From Candidatus Thermosaccharophagus gerlachensis (GTDB taxonomy: Bacteria; Armatimonadota; Fervidibacteria; Fervidibacterales; Thermosaccharophagaceae), in NCBI GenBank assembly GCA_041538025.1, contig JBGOEV010000005.1, positions 12,123-76,122 of the forward strand: DNA of 64,000 nucleotides, read 5' to 3'. Shown here piece by piece: positions 41,740 through 51,861 of the stretch. The notes beneath the pieces were generated by a model. That model was not told the DNA's origin, made no database searches, and saw nothing but the letters and a program-made list of their open reading frames with translations. Made by a program: the position numbers and the translations under genes. Position 1 is the stretch's first letter. Every line of letters begins with the position of its first letter.

Positions 41740-43428
41740 CTAATTTGTTGTGGCTTTTGAAGACCTAATTGGTATGATGGAGAGCGTAGCCTCAATGAGC
41801 AACCATGCTGCCAAAAGTAGCAGGCATACATCAACAGTGAACAACACCAAGTTGCCTTCCTTGAGGAAGCTGATAAGGTTGATCAGGAGCGAGCTTATTG
41901 TAACGACACACATAAAGAGCATCGGGATAAGTGTGAATAAAGTTTGTCTGCCAAGCTGGCGTAAGTATAGCGTTACAGTCAACAACGCGAGCGCAGCCAA
42001 CAGTTGGTTTGAAGCACCGAACAACTGCCATAGTAAGAGCCCGACTGGCTTTCCATCAACTCGTAACAACGCAAAGAAACCAATCATCAAAACTGCAACA
42101 AGGCTTGAAACATAGCGATTTGCGAAGAGAGTTAATTTGAGGCTTGTCGCCAGTTCCTCTACATTGTATCTGAGCAACCTCGTAGCAGTATCAAGCGTTG
42201 TCAATGAGAAACTTACAGCCACCGTCGCTATCAGCACCTTCCCCACTTCTTTTGGAAGACCTATGTGAGCTAAAACATTTATCGCACCAGCAATAAAGTT
42301 CAGCAAGCCCAAATTGCCAGCTTGTTTATGTGATGGGTAGTGTTTAACCCATTCGCTATATGCGCCAAAGCCAGCAGTGCATGCTATAAGCACAAGGACT
42401 GCCAGCATGCCCTCAGTTAACATACCACCGTATGCGATTGGGACTGCGTGAGTCTCCTTATCAAGTTGCTTTGCTGTTGTTCCAGATGAGACAAGCGAAT
42501 GGAAGCCAGAGACAGCCCCACAGGCAACAGTAATGAAAAGCAATGGGAAGATTGGTTTTGGATCTGGCAGGTTGTGGTTTAGAGTTGGTGCAACTACTTG
42601 AGGTCGCCATATGACAACCCCAATGAGCATAAGCGCCATGCCAAGATAAAGCATGTATGAGTTCAAGTAATCTCTTGGCTGTAAGAGCAACCACACTGGT
42701 AAGATAGATGCAACGTATGCGTATGCGAGCAAGGTATAGCTCCATATCTCCTGCGTCATAGTGAGCCCGAAGATTTTGGTTATCGGAATATATATCCCAG
42801 CAACCACACATAGCATCATGAGTATAAAGCCAACACATGTGAGTATCGTCAAGTTGAGGTTGTAAATGTAGCGCAGGGTTCCAAAGAGCAATGCTAACAG
42901 GATAAGCGATGCGCTTGGGAAAACAGCCTCTGGGACCGACCACTCACCTGGTGGAGCTGGCGCAAAAAGCTTTGATATTTGCAGAACGAAGACACCCATC
43001 GCAAGAGAGAGTGCAAAGATAATGAAAGCGAGGAAGAGGATACGAGCCCTTCTACCCATAACTTGCATCGCTATATCGCCTATTGAGAGCGCCTTGTTCC
43101 TCACAGAAGTTACAAGGACCGACATGTCGTGCACGGCGCCAACGAATATTGTCCCGAAGACTATCCAAAGGAGAGCAGGCAACCATCCCCAAACCGCTGC
43201 TATTGCAGGTCCTATAATCGGACCGAGACCGGCGATGGATGCGAAGTGGTGCCCAAACAATATAAGGGGATGTGTAGGGACATAATCAATCCCATCGCTC
43301 AACTCGTGTGCGGGTGTCTTTGCTTCCCTGTCAAGTGCAAAAAGGTATCTCCCAAGGAAACGCCCATACAAAACATATGCACTCACAAACGCAATCCCAC
43401 TGCACGCTGCGATAATGAAAGCGTTCAT
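41740..43428 (-). CDS. cstA: Carbon starvation protein A (peptide/pyruvate transporter family)
   Basis: Contains LFGHHFASIAGLGPIIGPAIAAVWGWLPALLWIVFGTIFVGAVHD and many further TMs. At 562 aa the length fits. Confidence 0.92.
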   Translation of the reverse strand: MNAFIIAACSGIAFVSAYVLYGRFLGRYLFALDREAKTPAHELSDGIDYVPTHPLILFGHHFASIAGLGPIIGPAIAAVWGWLPALLWIVFGTIFVGAVHDMSVLVTSVRNKALSIGDIAMQVMGRRARILFLAFIIFALSLAMGVFVLQISKLFAPAPPGEWSVPEAVFPSASLILLALLFGTLRYIYNLNLTILTCVGFILMMLCVVAGIYIPITKIFGLTMTQEIWSYTLLAYAYVASILPVWLLLQPRDYLNSYMLYLGMALMLIGVVIWRPQVVAPTLNHNLPDPKPIFPLLFITVACGAVSGFHSLVSSGTTAKQLDKETHAVPIAYGGMLTEGMLAVLVLIACTAGFGAYSEWVKHYPSHKQAGNLGLLNFIAGAINVLAHIGLPKEVGKVLIATVAVSFSLTTLDTATRLLRYNVEELATSLKLTLFANRYVSSLVAVLMIGFFALLRVDGKPVGLLLWQLFGASNQLLAALALLTVTLYLRQLGRQTLFTLIPMLFMCVVTISSLLINLISFLKEGNLVLFTVDVCLLLLAAWLLIEATLSIIPIRSSKATTN

Positions 43429-43480
43429 CCTTTTTCACTTCTAAAGCCTTAAAGTGGTTTGGAAGGAAGTCGTTTGCGCT

Positions 43481-44278
43481 TCAGCTTTTGCGAGCCTTCA
43501 GCTCTGAGAGCAGTTTCCTACAATGCTCATAGTAGTCGCGTCTCTTCAGCTTTGATGCAGCGCCTTCGTCCAAGATGAACGTAACATCAGGATGAAGCTG
43601 GAGCGCTGACGCTGGGCACATCGTCGTTATTGGACCTTCAATTGCAGCTGCAACTGCATCCGCTTTACCTTCCCCGGTTGCAAGGAGGACTATTTTCTTA
43701 GCTTCAAGTATTGTTCCAATACCCATTGTCAGGGCGTATCTTGGCACATCCTCTTCGCGCTCAAAGAAACGGGAGTTCGCTTTTATCGTTTCAGCTGTCA
43801 GGACGATTAACCGTGTGCGTGATGCAAAGGATGACCCTGGTTCGTTAAAAGCTATGTGACCATTATGACCTATACCGAGTATCTGGAGGTCAATCCCACC
43901 AGCTCGCTTTATCTGCTCTTCATACCAACGGCAATGCTCCTCTGGATCTGGAGCAAGCCCATATGGGACATGTGTGTTTGCTTTGTTGATGTTGATGTGG
44001 TTGAATAGCTTCGTATCCATGTAGTAACGGTAGCTTTGCTCATGCCTCGGATCAATCGGGTAATACTCATCAAGGTTGAATGTGATGACTTGAGAGAAAT
44101 CAAGTCCTTCCTCTTTGTGCATGCGCACAAGTTCAGCATAGCATGGTTCTGGTGTTGAGCCAGTGGCTAAGCCGAGGACTGCATTCGGCTTACGCCTTAT
44201 TAGGTCAGCTATCATGCGCGCTGCTTCCTTACCAACTGCTTCAGCATCCTGCAGGACAATGACCTCCATCTTATCCAC
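43481..44278 (-). CDS. nagB: Glucosamine-6-phosphate deaminase
   Basis: Contains LGLATGSTP, FNLDEY, ILGIGHNGHIAFNEPGS, and GEGKA late in the sequence. Confidence 0.92.
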   Translation of the reverse strand: MDKMEVIVLQDAEAVGKEAARMIADLIRRKPNAVLGLATGSTPEPCYAELVRMHKEEGLDFSQVITFNLDEYYPIDPRHEQSYRYYMDTKLFNHININKANTHVPYGLAPDPEEHCRWYEEQIKRAGGIDLQILGIGHNGHIAFNEPGSSFASRTRLIVLTAETIKANSRFFEREEDVPRYALTMGIGTILEAKKIVLLATGEGKADAVAAAIEGPITTMCPASALQLHPDVTFILDEGAASKLKRRDYYEHCRKLLSELKARKS

Positions 44279-44292
44279 CCCCTTGGCAGGTT

Positions 44293-44697
44293 TTACTGGT
44301 TTGAAGAGGTATCACTCTTAACCTTGTTTAGTTGCTCAACGAAGTTGATACGGAGCGTCGTTAGCATCTGGCGCATTTGGTCATACTCTCGTTGTTGTAG
44401 TCTTGGTTTGATATGCTCAAGCAATATTGTGAGTGTGTCTATCGCGAAACGAGCTTCATCAAAGTTTTGTTCAACCTTTCCAGTGAGGGGGTTTGCAATC
44501 AAGCCCATCTTCTGCCATGCATAATCAATCAATAAGCTCATCGTGAAGTTTACTACTCGCATCACATTGAGGTCACGTAATGGGAGGGCAACAACTGGTT
44601 CACCTTGCCTTTCATCCTTTCCTTCAACCTCGCATTTTTGCTCTTCTAAATTCATCTCGTTCTTTTTCACATCACCCTCTGCTCCTTGAGCACTCAT
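44293..44697 (-). CDS. DUF1844 domain protein
   Basis: Contains VVNFTMSLLIDYAWQKMGLIANPLTGKVEQNFDEARFAIDTLTILLEHIKPRL. Start set at ATG 44697, after AGGAGGG. Confidence 0.7.
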   Translation of the reverse strand: MSAQGAEGDVKKNEMNLEEQKCEVEGKDERQGEPVVALPLRDLNVMRVVNFTMSLLIDYAWQKMGLIANPLTGKVEQNFDEARFAIDTLTILLEHIKPRLQQREYDQMRQMLTTLRINFVEQLNKVKSDTSSNQ

Positions 44698-44755
44698 GAC
44701 TACCCTCCTACTGTTCGTGTGTTTCGTGGAGAGCTTACCATTCAAAAAGAAAAGG

Positions 44756-44829
44756 TAGCGGGGGCCGGATTTGAACCGGCGACCTCTGGGTTATGAGCCC
44801 AGCGAGCTACCTGACTGCTCCACCCCGCG
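44756..44829 (-). tRNA. Initiator tRNA-fMet (anticodon CAT)
   Basis: The minus strand reads CGCGGGGTGGAGCAGTCAGGTAGCTCGCTGGGCTCATAACCCAGAGGTCGCCGGTTCAAATCCGGCCCCCGCTA. It closely resembles E. coli tRNA-fMet: three consecutive G-C pairs (GGG/CCC) close the anticodon stem and position 1:72 is mismatched (C1 x U72). The 3' CCA is not fully encoded (..A-CCT). Confidence 0.9.
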
Positions 44830-44855
44830 CCCTTGTTTTGCGTAAGGTGAATCAC

Positions 44856-44930
44856 TGGCTGGGGAGGGAGGATTCGAACCCCCGATCTCTGGGTCCAGAG
44901 CCCAGCGTCTTGCCACTCGACCACTCCCCA
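44856..44930 (-). tRNA. tRNA-Gln (anticodon CTG)
   Basis: The minus strand reads TGGGGAGTGGTCGAGTGGCAAGACGCTGGGCTCTGGACCCAGAGATCGGGGGTTCGAATCCTCCCTCCCCAGCCA. It folds as a cloverleaf with anticodon loop CUCUGGA, a T-loop GGTTCGAATCC and an encoded CCA. Confidence 0.85.
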
Positions 44931-45128
44931 GCAAGTTCCAATGAATACATTATAGCGCGCTTTAACGCATGCGAGATTAGCAACCAATGCACAACCTATG
45001 CCTTTAGGCTTTCCCTAAGGATGCTTTAGATGTTTTTGCTTCATAATGGTGAATGGAACACAGCCGTATAGGGTGTTGCTTTTACAACGATGCATTTAGA
45101 TGGTGAAGCGATTAGATGGTGAAGCGAT

Positions 45129-47393
45129 ATGGAATTCACAACTTCGTCCAACGGCGATGCTTTAACATCCGAAAGAGTAGAGCAGTCTGGATGCTGCGTT
45201 TTGTCGTTATCTGCTACTGGGCGTTTCGCTGAAGGGGCGCAAGAACGGTTGAATCAACTTTGTCAGCTCGTCATTGCCTCGCATAACGATGCCAACATTG
45301 AGCTTATCTCTAAAGCCTACTGGTTTGCTGAGGATGCACACTATGGCGCAACGCGTCTAACTGGTGAACCGTTCATCACGCATCCTTGGAATGTTGCCCT
45401 AATAGTTGCTGAGCTTGGAATGGATGAAGAAACAATAGCTGCAGCTCTCCTGCATGATTGCGTTGAAGATTCTGGCGTCAGCATTGAGGAGTTAAGACAG
45501 AAGTTTGGTGTTAGCGTTGCGAGCCTTGTTGACGGTGTAACCAAACTGAAGCACCTTTCGTTCCTCCCACCGAGAGAGCAACAAGCTGAGAACATGCGCA
45601 AGATGCTACTTGCTATGGCGAAGGATGTGCGAGTGGTAATAATAAAGCTCGCAGACAGGCTTCATAATTTGAAAACCATTGAGCCACTCCCAAGCGAAAA
45701 GAAACTGGAAACCGCAAAGGAGACACTACAAGTGTTTGCACCTCTCGCACACAGACTTGGCATATGGAGGCTTAAATGGCAGCTTGAAGATTTGGCGTTC
45801 AGGCACATAGACCCTCAGGCATATTCTGAGATAAGCGCCAAAGTCCAGAAAACAAGAGCACAACGCGAAAGCTTCGTTGAGAGCGCCAGCAGGTTGCTAA
45901 AGCAACGCCTCGAGGAAGAGGGTATAAAAGCTGAGGTTCAAGGAAGAGCAAAACACCTCTATTCAATCTACACGAAGATGCAGCGTGAAGGCGTTGACTT
46001 TGAGCATATCTATGATTTGTATGGGCTAAGGGTGATCGTGAACACAGTAAGTGAGTGTTATGCAGCGCTCGGAGTTGTTCACAGCTTATGGAGACCAATA
46101 CCGGGGATGGTCAGTGATTATATCTCACATCCGAAAGCAAACAGGTATCGCTCACTCCATACAAAAGTTATCGGACCCGATGGGCAGCCACTTGAGGTGC
46201 AGATAAGGACGTGGGAGATGCACATTGAAGCCGAATATGGAATTGCAGCACATTGGAAATACAAAGAGGGGCGCGAAAGGGATACGGAACTTGATAAAGC
46301 ACTGCGTTGGATAAGGGAGCAGATGCTTTCCTTGCATTCAGAATCTCACTCACCAAAGGAGTTTTTGGAATCGGTTGTTGCCGATATATTTAAAGACCAA
46401 GTTTTCGTCTTCACACCGAAAGGCGATGTGATTGAGCTCCCAGTTGGCTCTACACCTGTGGATTTCGCCTATCGTATACACACCGACATCGGGCACAGGT
46501 GTGTTGGTGCAAGGGTCAATGGCAAGCTTGTCCCGCTTGATTATCAGCTCAACAACGGTGACATAGTCGAGATCATCACATCGAAGCATTCAAAAGGACC
46601 AAGCCCACATTGGCTTAGGTTCGTGCGCACATCACACGCCAAAAACCGCATAAGGCGTTTCCTCAAAATGCAAGCGTTTGAGGAGAATGTTCAGCGTGGT
46701 AGGGAACTCCTCACGCAAGCCGCAAAGAGAAAAGGAGTCTCCGAAGGGATGTTAAGCGAGGAGCAATTACAAAGTGTGGCAAAGATTTTCCAGTGCGAGA
46801 GTGTAGATCAACTCCTCGCTGCAATAGGCTATGGTGATATTTCACCTGAAGCTGTGTTGCTAAGGCTTACGCCAACACAACCTCAGCACAAGGAGATAAG
46901 AGCAAAAAGAAAGCATTTGCCTCAAGGGCGTATGAAACTCATGATCACACTCAAAGATGGCGCCGAGATTGAAGCGCCCATACGCTTATCGAAGTGCTGT
47001 CGCCCAATACCGGGAGATGCTATCTGTGGATACATAACCCGTGGAAAAGGTATAGCAGTCCATAGAACATGTTGTCGCAACTTGAGCTATCTTAGGTCAA
47101 GCGAACCGGAGAGGGTAGTGGAGCTTGAATGGCAGTTGACTGCTGAGGGCATATTCCAGACCGAGTTGTTGGTTGAGGCGATAGACAGAGTCGGGCTTTT
47201 AAGCGACCTTGCTGGGATAATAAGTGAGCTTGGAATAAACATAGCCTCGTGCAATGTTGAGACTATACCGAAGTTCCAACTTGCGAGGGTGAGATTCGTC
47301 ATTGATGTTACAGGACCTGAGGCGCTCCACAAGGTTGTTGAAGCGCTAAGAAAGCATCCTGATGTTACTTCTATCGTCAGAGTCACACGATAA
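45129..47393 (+). CDS. relA: Bifunctional (p)ppGpp synthetase/hydrolase (RelA/SpoT homolog)
   Basis: HD hydrolase domain: PFITHPWNVALIV, ALLHDCVEDS. Synthetase domain: GRAKHLYSIYTKM, YRSLHT. TGS domain: VFVFTPKGDVIELPVGSTPVDFAY. C-terminal ACT domain: ELLVEAIDRVGLLSDLAGII. Confidence 0.95.
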   Translation: MEFTTSSNGDALTSERVEQSGCCVLSLSATGRFAEGAQERLNQLCQLVIASHNDANIELISKAYWFAEDAHYGATRLTGEPFITHPWNVALIVAELGMDEETIAAALLHDCVEDSGVSIEELRQKFGVSVASLVDGVTKLKHLSFLPPREQQAENMRKMLLAMAKDVRVVIIKLADRLHNLKTIEPLPSEKKLETAKETLQVFAPLAHRLGIWRLKWQLEDLAFRHIDPQAYSEISAKVQKTRAQRESFVESASRLLKQRLEEEGIKAEVQGRAKHLYSIYTKMQREGVDFEHIYDLYGLRVIVNTVSECYAALGVVHSLWRPIPGMVSDYISHPKANRYRSLHTKVIGPDGQPLEVQIRTWEMHIEAEYGIAAHWKYKEGRERDTELDKALRWIREQMLSLHSESHSPKEFLESVVADIFKDQVFVFTPKGDVIELPVGSTPVDFAYRIHTDIGHRCVGARVNGKLVPLDYQLNNGDIVEIITSKHSKGPSPHWLRFVRTSHAKNRIRRFLKMQAFEENVQRGRELLTQAAKRKGVSEGMLSEEQLQSVAKIFQCESVDQLLAAIGYGDISPEAVLLRLTPTQPQHKEIRAKRKHLPQGRMKLMITLKDGAEIEAPIRLSKCCRPIPGDAICGYITRGKGIAVHRTCCRNLSYLRSSEPERVVELEWQLTAEGIFQTELLVEAIDRVGLLSDLAGIISELGINIASCNVETIPKFQLARVRFVIDVTGPEALHKVVEALRKHPDVTSIVRVTR

Positions 47394-47545
47394 AACATTG
47401 GCTTTGAATTTACCATTCCGCCTCACAGGTTTGATGGCGGTGGCTATTCAACCCATGACTTCTTTCGTTTCTGTGTTACACTTGAGATTGCGCTTTGCAT
47501 GTGAGTGGTGGATTGCATTTCACTTTGGATATGCAGGTGATGAAT

Positions 47546-49300
47546 ATGCGATGGGCTTGGTTTGCTTCGCAGGCACTCATCATAACCTCCAGCATCGTTT
47601 ATGCTCAATTGGATGCCAAGGCTTTGCTTGAGCGCTCAAAGGTGAAATGGAAAGATGTGCCAAAGAAGGTTTTGGCTTTTTACTACGGTTGGTATCATGC
47701 AAAGAGTTGGAGAGATGTTGACGAGGCGAAGAAGTATATAGCCAATGTTACGCATTATCCCCTGCTCGGTCCTTATAGCAGTCAAGATCCGAAGGTGATT
47801 GAGCAACATTGCAGGTGGGCAAAAGAAGCTCAGATTGATGGTTTCATCGTGAGTTGGTGGCGCCAAAACGACTATAACGACAAAACTCTATCTATGCTCC
47901 TTGAGGCTGCGGAGGCTTTCAACTTACAAGTGACTGCTTACTTTGAGACTGTTCCAGATAACAAGCCAGAGACAGCTTTGAAGGATGTGCTTTACTTGCT
48001 TGAACGCTATGGAAAGCATAAGGCATGGTTGAAGGTTAACGGTAAGCCTGTGCTTTTTGTTTACGGGAGAGCTGTTGGGCAAATTGGTGTGAGTGGATGG
48101 CTATGGGTTATAAACGAAGTCAACAGGCAATATGAAGGTGGAGCTGTTTTCATTGGGGATCAGATATCAAAGCTCGCTGCAAGGGTTTTTGATGGCATAC
48201 ATACTTACAACCCAACTGGGCAAACTGCTGGCAAATCGGTTGATGAGATACGCTTGTGGGCACGAGAAACATTCCGACGTTGGATAGAAATAGCAGGCAG
48301 CGATAGGATTGCATGCGTGACAATCATACCCGGCTACGACGATAGTAAACTCGCTCGTCCAAAGCCACGCCCAGTAACCGAACGGCATAACGGTATGACA
48401 TACAAAGTGATGTGGGAAGAGGCAATAACAGCAAACCCAGACTGGGTGATCATCACGAGTTGGAATGAATGGTTTGAAGGTAGCGAGATTGAGCCATCAG
48501 TTGAGAATGGGGAGCGCGAGCTTAAGACGACTGCTGAATATGCGCCGAAGTTCAAAGCACTTCCACCACGCAAACCCAAGGAAGTCAAAACAGCAATTAG
48601 CGAACATGAAAGACAAACACTGCTTAAAGCACTTCATGGTAAGAAGATAGCCCTCCTTCCAGATGCCTCTTCTGAAGCTGTTTGGACGATGATTAACTGG
48701 GGGATTGAGATAACGCCGATTAGCTGGGAGCAAGTTGTTGATGAAAGTGTGTTCAATCCGAATTCGTTTGCTGTCGCGATTTATGCTGGCGGTGAAGTTT
48801 ATCGCCCAACTGTGCATCGTCAAAACGACGTTCTAAATGCGCTTCGTCGCTATGTTGAGGCAGGTGGAACATTGCTTGTTTTACCAGCAGCACCAATGCC
48901 ATTCCATTATGACGAGGCTAAGCGCAAGGAAGCAAACAGAGGAACTGTATACCACTCACCAGCTCTTGGTTTGCCACTCACTATTGCGTGGGAAAGCCCA
49001 CCTAAGGAGCTCAAGCTCAATTTCGTTGTGCTTGAAGAGGGCTTGCTCAAACACCTGCCAAAGCAATTTCCATTCCCGCAGTCCGGCGACCTGCGTTGGC
49101 GTCCACTGCTACCAGAGAGGGCAGAGCCAAATGCCAAAGTCAAAATCTTGCTTGAGCTTCAAGACGACAGTGGGAAGTCACACGGTGCTGGGGCTGCCAT
49201 CGTGAGCATTGGTAAGGGACGCATCGTTTATGTTTGGTTCAGACTGCTTGATATGGACATAGGTGAACAACTGCTGTTTGACATATTGAGTGCTCTTTAA
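47546..49300 (+). CDS. Secreted GH99-like/WbsX-like glycoside-hydrolase domain protein with C-terminal alpha/beta domain
   Basis: ATG 47546 follows AGGTGA. The signal peptide is MRWAWFASQALIITSSIVYAQ. The N-terminal domain carries VLAFYYGWYH, HYPLLGPYSSQDPKVIEQHCRWAKEAQIDGFIVSWW and ITSWNEWFEGSEIEPS. The C-terminal half of about 230 aa (KKIALLPD... GGTLLVLP) is unassigned. Confidence 0.6.
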   Translation: MRWAWFASQALIITSSIVYAQLDAKALLERSKVKWKDVPKKVLAFYYGWYHAKSWRDVDEAKKYIANVTHYPLLGPYSSQDPKVIEQHCRWAKEAQIDGFIVSWWRQNDYNDKTLSMLLEAAEAFNLQVTAYFETVPDNKPETALKDVLYLLERYGKHKAWLKVNGKPVLFVYGRAVGQIGVSGWLWVINEVNRQYEGGAVFIGDQISKLAARVFDGIHTYNPTGQTAGKSVDEIRLWARETFRRWIEIAGSDRIACVTIIPGYDDSKLARPKPRPVTERHNGMTYKVMWEEAITANPDWVIITSWNEWFEGSEIEPSVENGERELKTTAEYAPKFKALPPRKPKEVKTAISEHERQTLLKALHGKKIALLPDASSEAVWTMINWGIEITPISWEQVVDESVFNPNSFAVAIYAGGEVYRPTVHRQNDVLNALRRYVEAGGTLLVLPAAPMPFHYDEAKRKEANRGTVYHSPALGLPLTIAWESPPKELKLNFVVLEEGLLKHLPKQFPFPQSGDLRWRPLLPERAEPNAKVKILLELQDDSGKSHGAGAAIVSIGKGRIVYVWFRLLDMDIGEQLLFDILSAL

Positions 49301-49366
49301 ATCTCCGACTTCAGAAGCAAGATGGGGAATGCCGAACATAAGCTGTGACTCCGTTAAGGAAGGGGG

Positions 49367-50458
49367 ATGGATTTTGATTTGGGCGATGTTAGTAAAGGTG
49401 CAGGTAGTTTTTCTTACGAAGCTGCTGGTGTTGATGTTCGCGGTGAGCATGAAGCATTGAGCAGGCTTCTAAAGCATGTGAGGGAGACATTTTCCTTTCG
49501 CGCTGGCATGCCAGCAATTGATGTTGGCTATTTTGCTGGTGTCGTCAGAGTATCCGATAACCTTTGCATCGCCATATCCACAGACGGAGTTGGGACAAAG
49601 CTCCTCGTGGCACAGATGCTTGAGCGCTACGACACCATCGGCATTGATTGCGTCGCAATGAATGTGAATGATGTTCTGTGTGTAGGCGCTGAGCCAATCG
49701 CGTTTGTTGACTATATCGCCGTTGAACGGCTTAACCCAAATGTTGTTGAAGAGATTGCAAAGGGACTCCTTGAAGGTGCTCGCTATGCGAAGGTAGCCAT
49801 AGTTGGTGGTGAGTTGGCACAGCTTGGTGATATCATCCGTGGTGTTAAAGTTGGGCATGGATTTGATCTTGCTGGCACAGCTATAGGTATTGTTGAGCCA
49901 AGCAAAATCATCATTGGTGATGATGTTGAAGTTGGCGATGTCATAATCGGGTTGCCATCAAGCGGTATACACAGCAATGGTTTAACGCTCGCAAGGCGCA
50001 TTTTCTTTGACCACTTAAGATGGGATGCACACCACTATTGTGATGAACTTGGATGCAGTATTGGTGAGGCGCTGTTAGTGCCCACTCGCATCTATGTAGA
50101 GCCAGTGCTCAAGGTCGTAAAGAGCAGCTTGCGTGTCAAAGCGCTCGCTCACATTACCGGTGGCGGGTGGCTCAACATGCTTCGCACAAGGAAACCAGCA
50201 TGCCTGCGTATAGATAAGCTACCACAGCCACATCCGATATTCGAGCTTATTCAAGCTTACGGTAACGTCTCGGACGCTGAGATGTATCGGACATTTAACA
50301 TGGGTGTCGGCTTTTCGCTCATCGTTTCAAAATATGATGCGCAAAAGGCACTTGAATTGCTTTCTCAGTGTGGTGAGGAACCTATTGTTCTTGGCGAGGT
50401 TGAAAGCGTAGGTGAGAGATCGCTAAGGCTTACTCAGCTGGATTTAGTTTTGAAGTAA
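49367..50458 (+). CDS. purM: Phosphoribosylformylglycinamidine cyclo-ligase (AIR synthetase)
   Basis: Contains SYEAAGVDV, ISTDGVGTKL, IGIDCVAMNVNDV, GGELA, SSGIHSNG, HITGGG and FNMGVGF. RBS GGAAGGGGG. Confidence 0.95.
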   Translation: MDFDLGDVSKGAGSFSYEAAGVDVRGEHEALSRLLKHVRETFSFRAGMPAIDVGYFAGVVRVSDNLCIAISTDGVGTKLLVAQMLERYDTIGIDCVAMNVNDVLCVGAEPIAFVDYIAVERLNPNVVEEIAKGLLEGARYAKVAIVGGELAQLGDIIRGVKVGHGFDLAGTAIGIVEPSKIIIGDDVEVGDVIIGLPSSGIHSNGLTLARRIFFDHLRWDAHHYCDELGCSIGEALLVPTRIYVEPVLKVVKSSLRVKALAHITGGGWLNMLRTRKPACLRIDKLPQPHPIFELIQAYGNVSDAEMYRTFNMGVGFSLIVSKYDAQKALELLSQCGEEPIVLGEVESVGERSLRLTQLDLVLK

Positions 50459-50549
50459 GCGAGGCTTATGTAGCACGAGAAACGACGGTCATTTGATGTT
50501 GCATTAGCGTTGAATTGTTGTTAGAATGAATTGCGGCACATGCGATAGT

Positions 50550-50624
<75 letters not shown>

Positions 50625-50692
50625 GTTACATTTTCGGCGAAGAAACAAAGAGCGATTTTTATTTTGGAATTTGCCTTTAAGGCGGATGTGAA

Positions 50693-51178
50693 GTGCGTGC
50701 TCACATGCTTAGTGAAAAGTTAATATCGTGGGGATGCTTCTTCATCGCCTCATACGCTGTATGCGTGGCTGGATTTTATTTGCTCGGTCTGATCAGTGAG
50801 CGAGTGTGTGATGCACTCAACTTTCTGCCGTGCATGTTTGTTGCGATTTGGTATTTAATCGCATATTACGAAGTGAGGCACGGCAAGATGTCTGGCAGCT
50901 TAGCAATCAATGCTGGTGGATGGGCGCTTGTAGGGTTTTCTTTTCTCTTCCCGCAATTTGCTTGGGCAGGGCGCGCTGTATGCGCTGTTGGTGGGTTGTG
51001 CTGTATACTTTTGGGATGTGCGATTGCTTTCCTGCACATTGCAACGCAAGGTGGCGAAGCAAAACTTGATTTACATACTGGTGTCCAGCAGAAAGACACA
51101 CATGAAGGACAAGCAGGCACTCCACATGAGGGTGCTCAAAAGGGCGATGCTAAGAAGGCAGATGATGACAATCGGTGA
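50693..51178 (+). CDS. Hypothetical polytopic membrane protein
   Basis: Four hydrophobic segments (CFFIASYAVCVAGFYLLGLI; FLPCMFVAIWYLIAYY; GGWALVGFSFLF; VCAVGGLCCILLGCAIAFL) and a charged tail. The start is uncertain (GTG 50693 or ATG 50705). Confidence 0.45.
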   Translation: MRAHMLSEKLISWGCFFIASYAVCVAGFYLLGLISERVCDALNFLPCMFVAIWYLIAYYEVRHGKMSGSLAINAGGWALVGFSFLFPQFAWAGRAVCAVGGLCCILLGCAIAFLHIATQGGEAKLDLHTGVQQKDTHEGQAGTPHEGAQKGDAKKADDDNR

Positions 51179-51294
51179 GATAGTGGTATATTGCAAATTG
51201 GCGAGGTGCATCGCAATGCTTAGAGAGCAAATAATTAGCGTAGTTGTGTTGCTTGCAATAATCCCGCCCTTATGGGCTTTCATAGAGGTGATTC

Positions 51295-51831
51295 ATGATG
51301 GGCATCTACACTCGCGCTGGGGACAGCGGCATGACAAGGCTCTCTGGAGGGAGGCTTGTCCCAAAGGATTCATTGCGTATTCAGGCGTGTGGCGATTTGG
51401 ATGAGCTCAACTCTATTCTTGGTGTCGCCATAGCTTTTATTCAGGATGAAGGGTTACAGCAGTTGCTTATCCAACTTCAATGTGAGCTCTTTGAGCTATG
51501 TGCTGATATTGCGTCAGAGCCATCTGATGGCTCAAAGTATCGCATTGATGAGAGCCACACCGCAATGCTTGAGGAGCTTATAGATTCTTTTGAAGCGCGC
51601 TTGCCAAAGCTAAACAAGTTTATTCTTCCGGGTGGCACAAAAGGTGCTGCCCTGCTTCATCTTGCGCGTGCAGTTTGCAGGCGCGCTGAGCGTTCTATCG
51701 TCCACCTTAGCAGGTATGAGCAGGTAAACAAAGAAGCGCTCAAATACATCAACAGGCTCTCCGACTTGCTTTTTGTGCTTGCAAGGTATGCGAATTGCAT
51801 TGCCAACGAGTGTGAGAAGGCATGGGGCTAA
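51295..51831 (+). CDS. ATP:cob(I)alamin adenosyltransferase, PduO-type
   Basis: Contains IYTRAGDSGMTRLSGGRLVPKDSLRIQACGDLDELNS, FILPGG and ARAVCRRAER. Confidence 0.88.
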   Translation: MMGIYTRAGDSGMTRLSGGRLVPKDSLRIQACGDLDELNSILGVAIAFIQDEGLQQLLIQLQCELFELCADIASEPSDGSKYRIDESHTAMLEELIDSFEARLPKLNKFILPGGTKGAALLHLARAVCRRAERSIVHLSRYEQVNKEALKYINRLSDLLFVLARYANCIANECEKAWG

Positions 51832-51861
51832 AAAGAAGCCATAGCTGGAGGTGAGGTAGCT

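Noticed and set aside
44742-44987. 81-aa minus-strand ORF.
   Set aside because: It is made entirely of the tRNA-fMet and tRNA-Gln genes and their spacer. Not coding.
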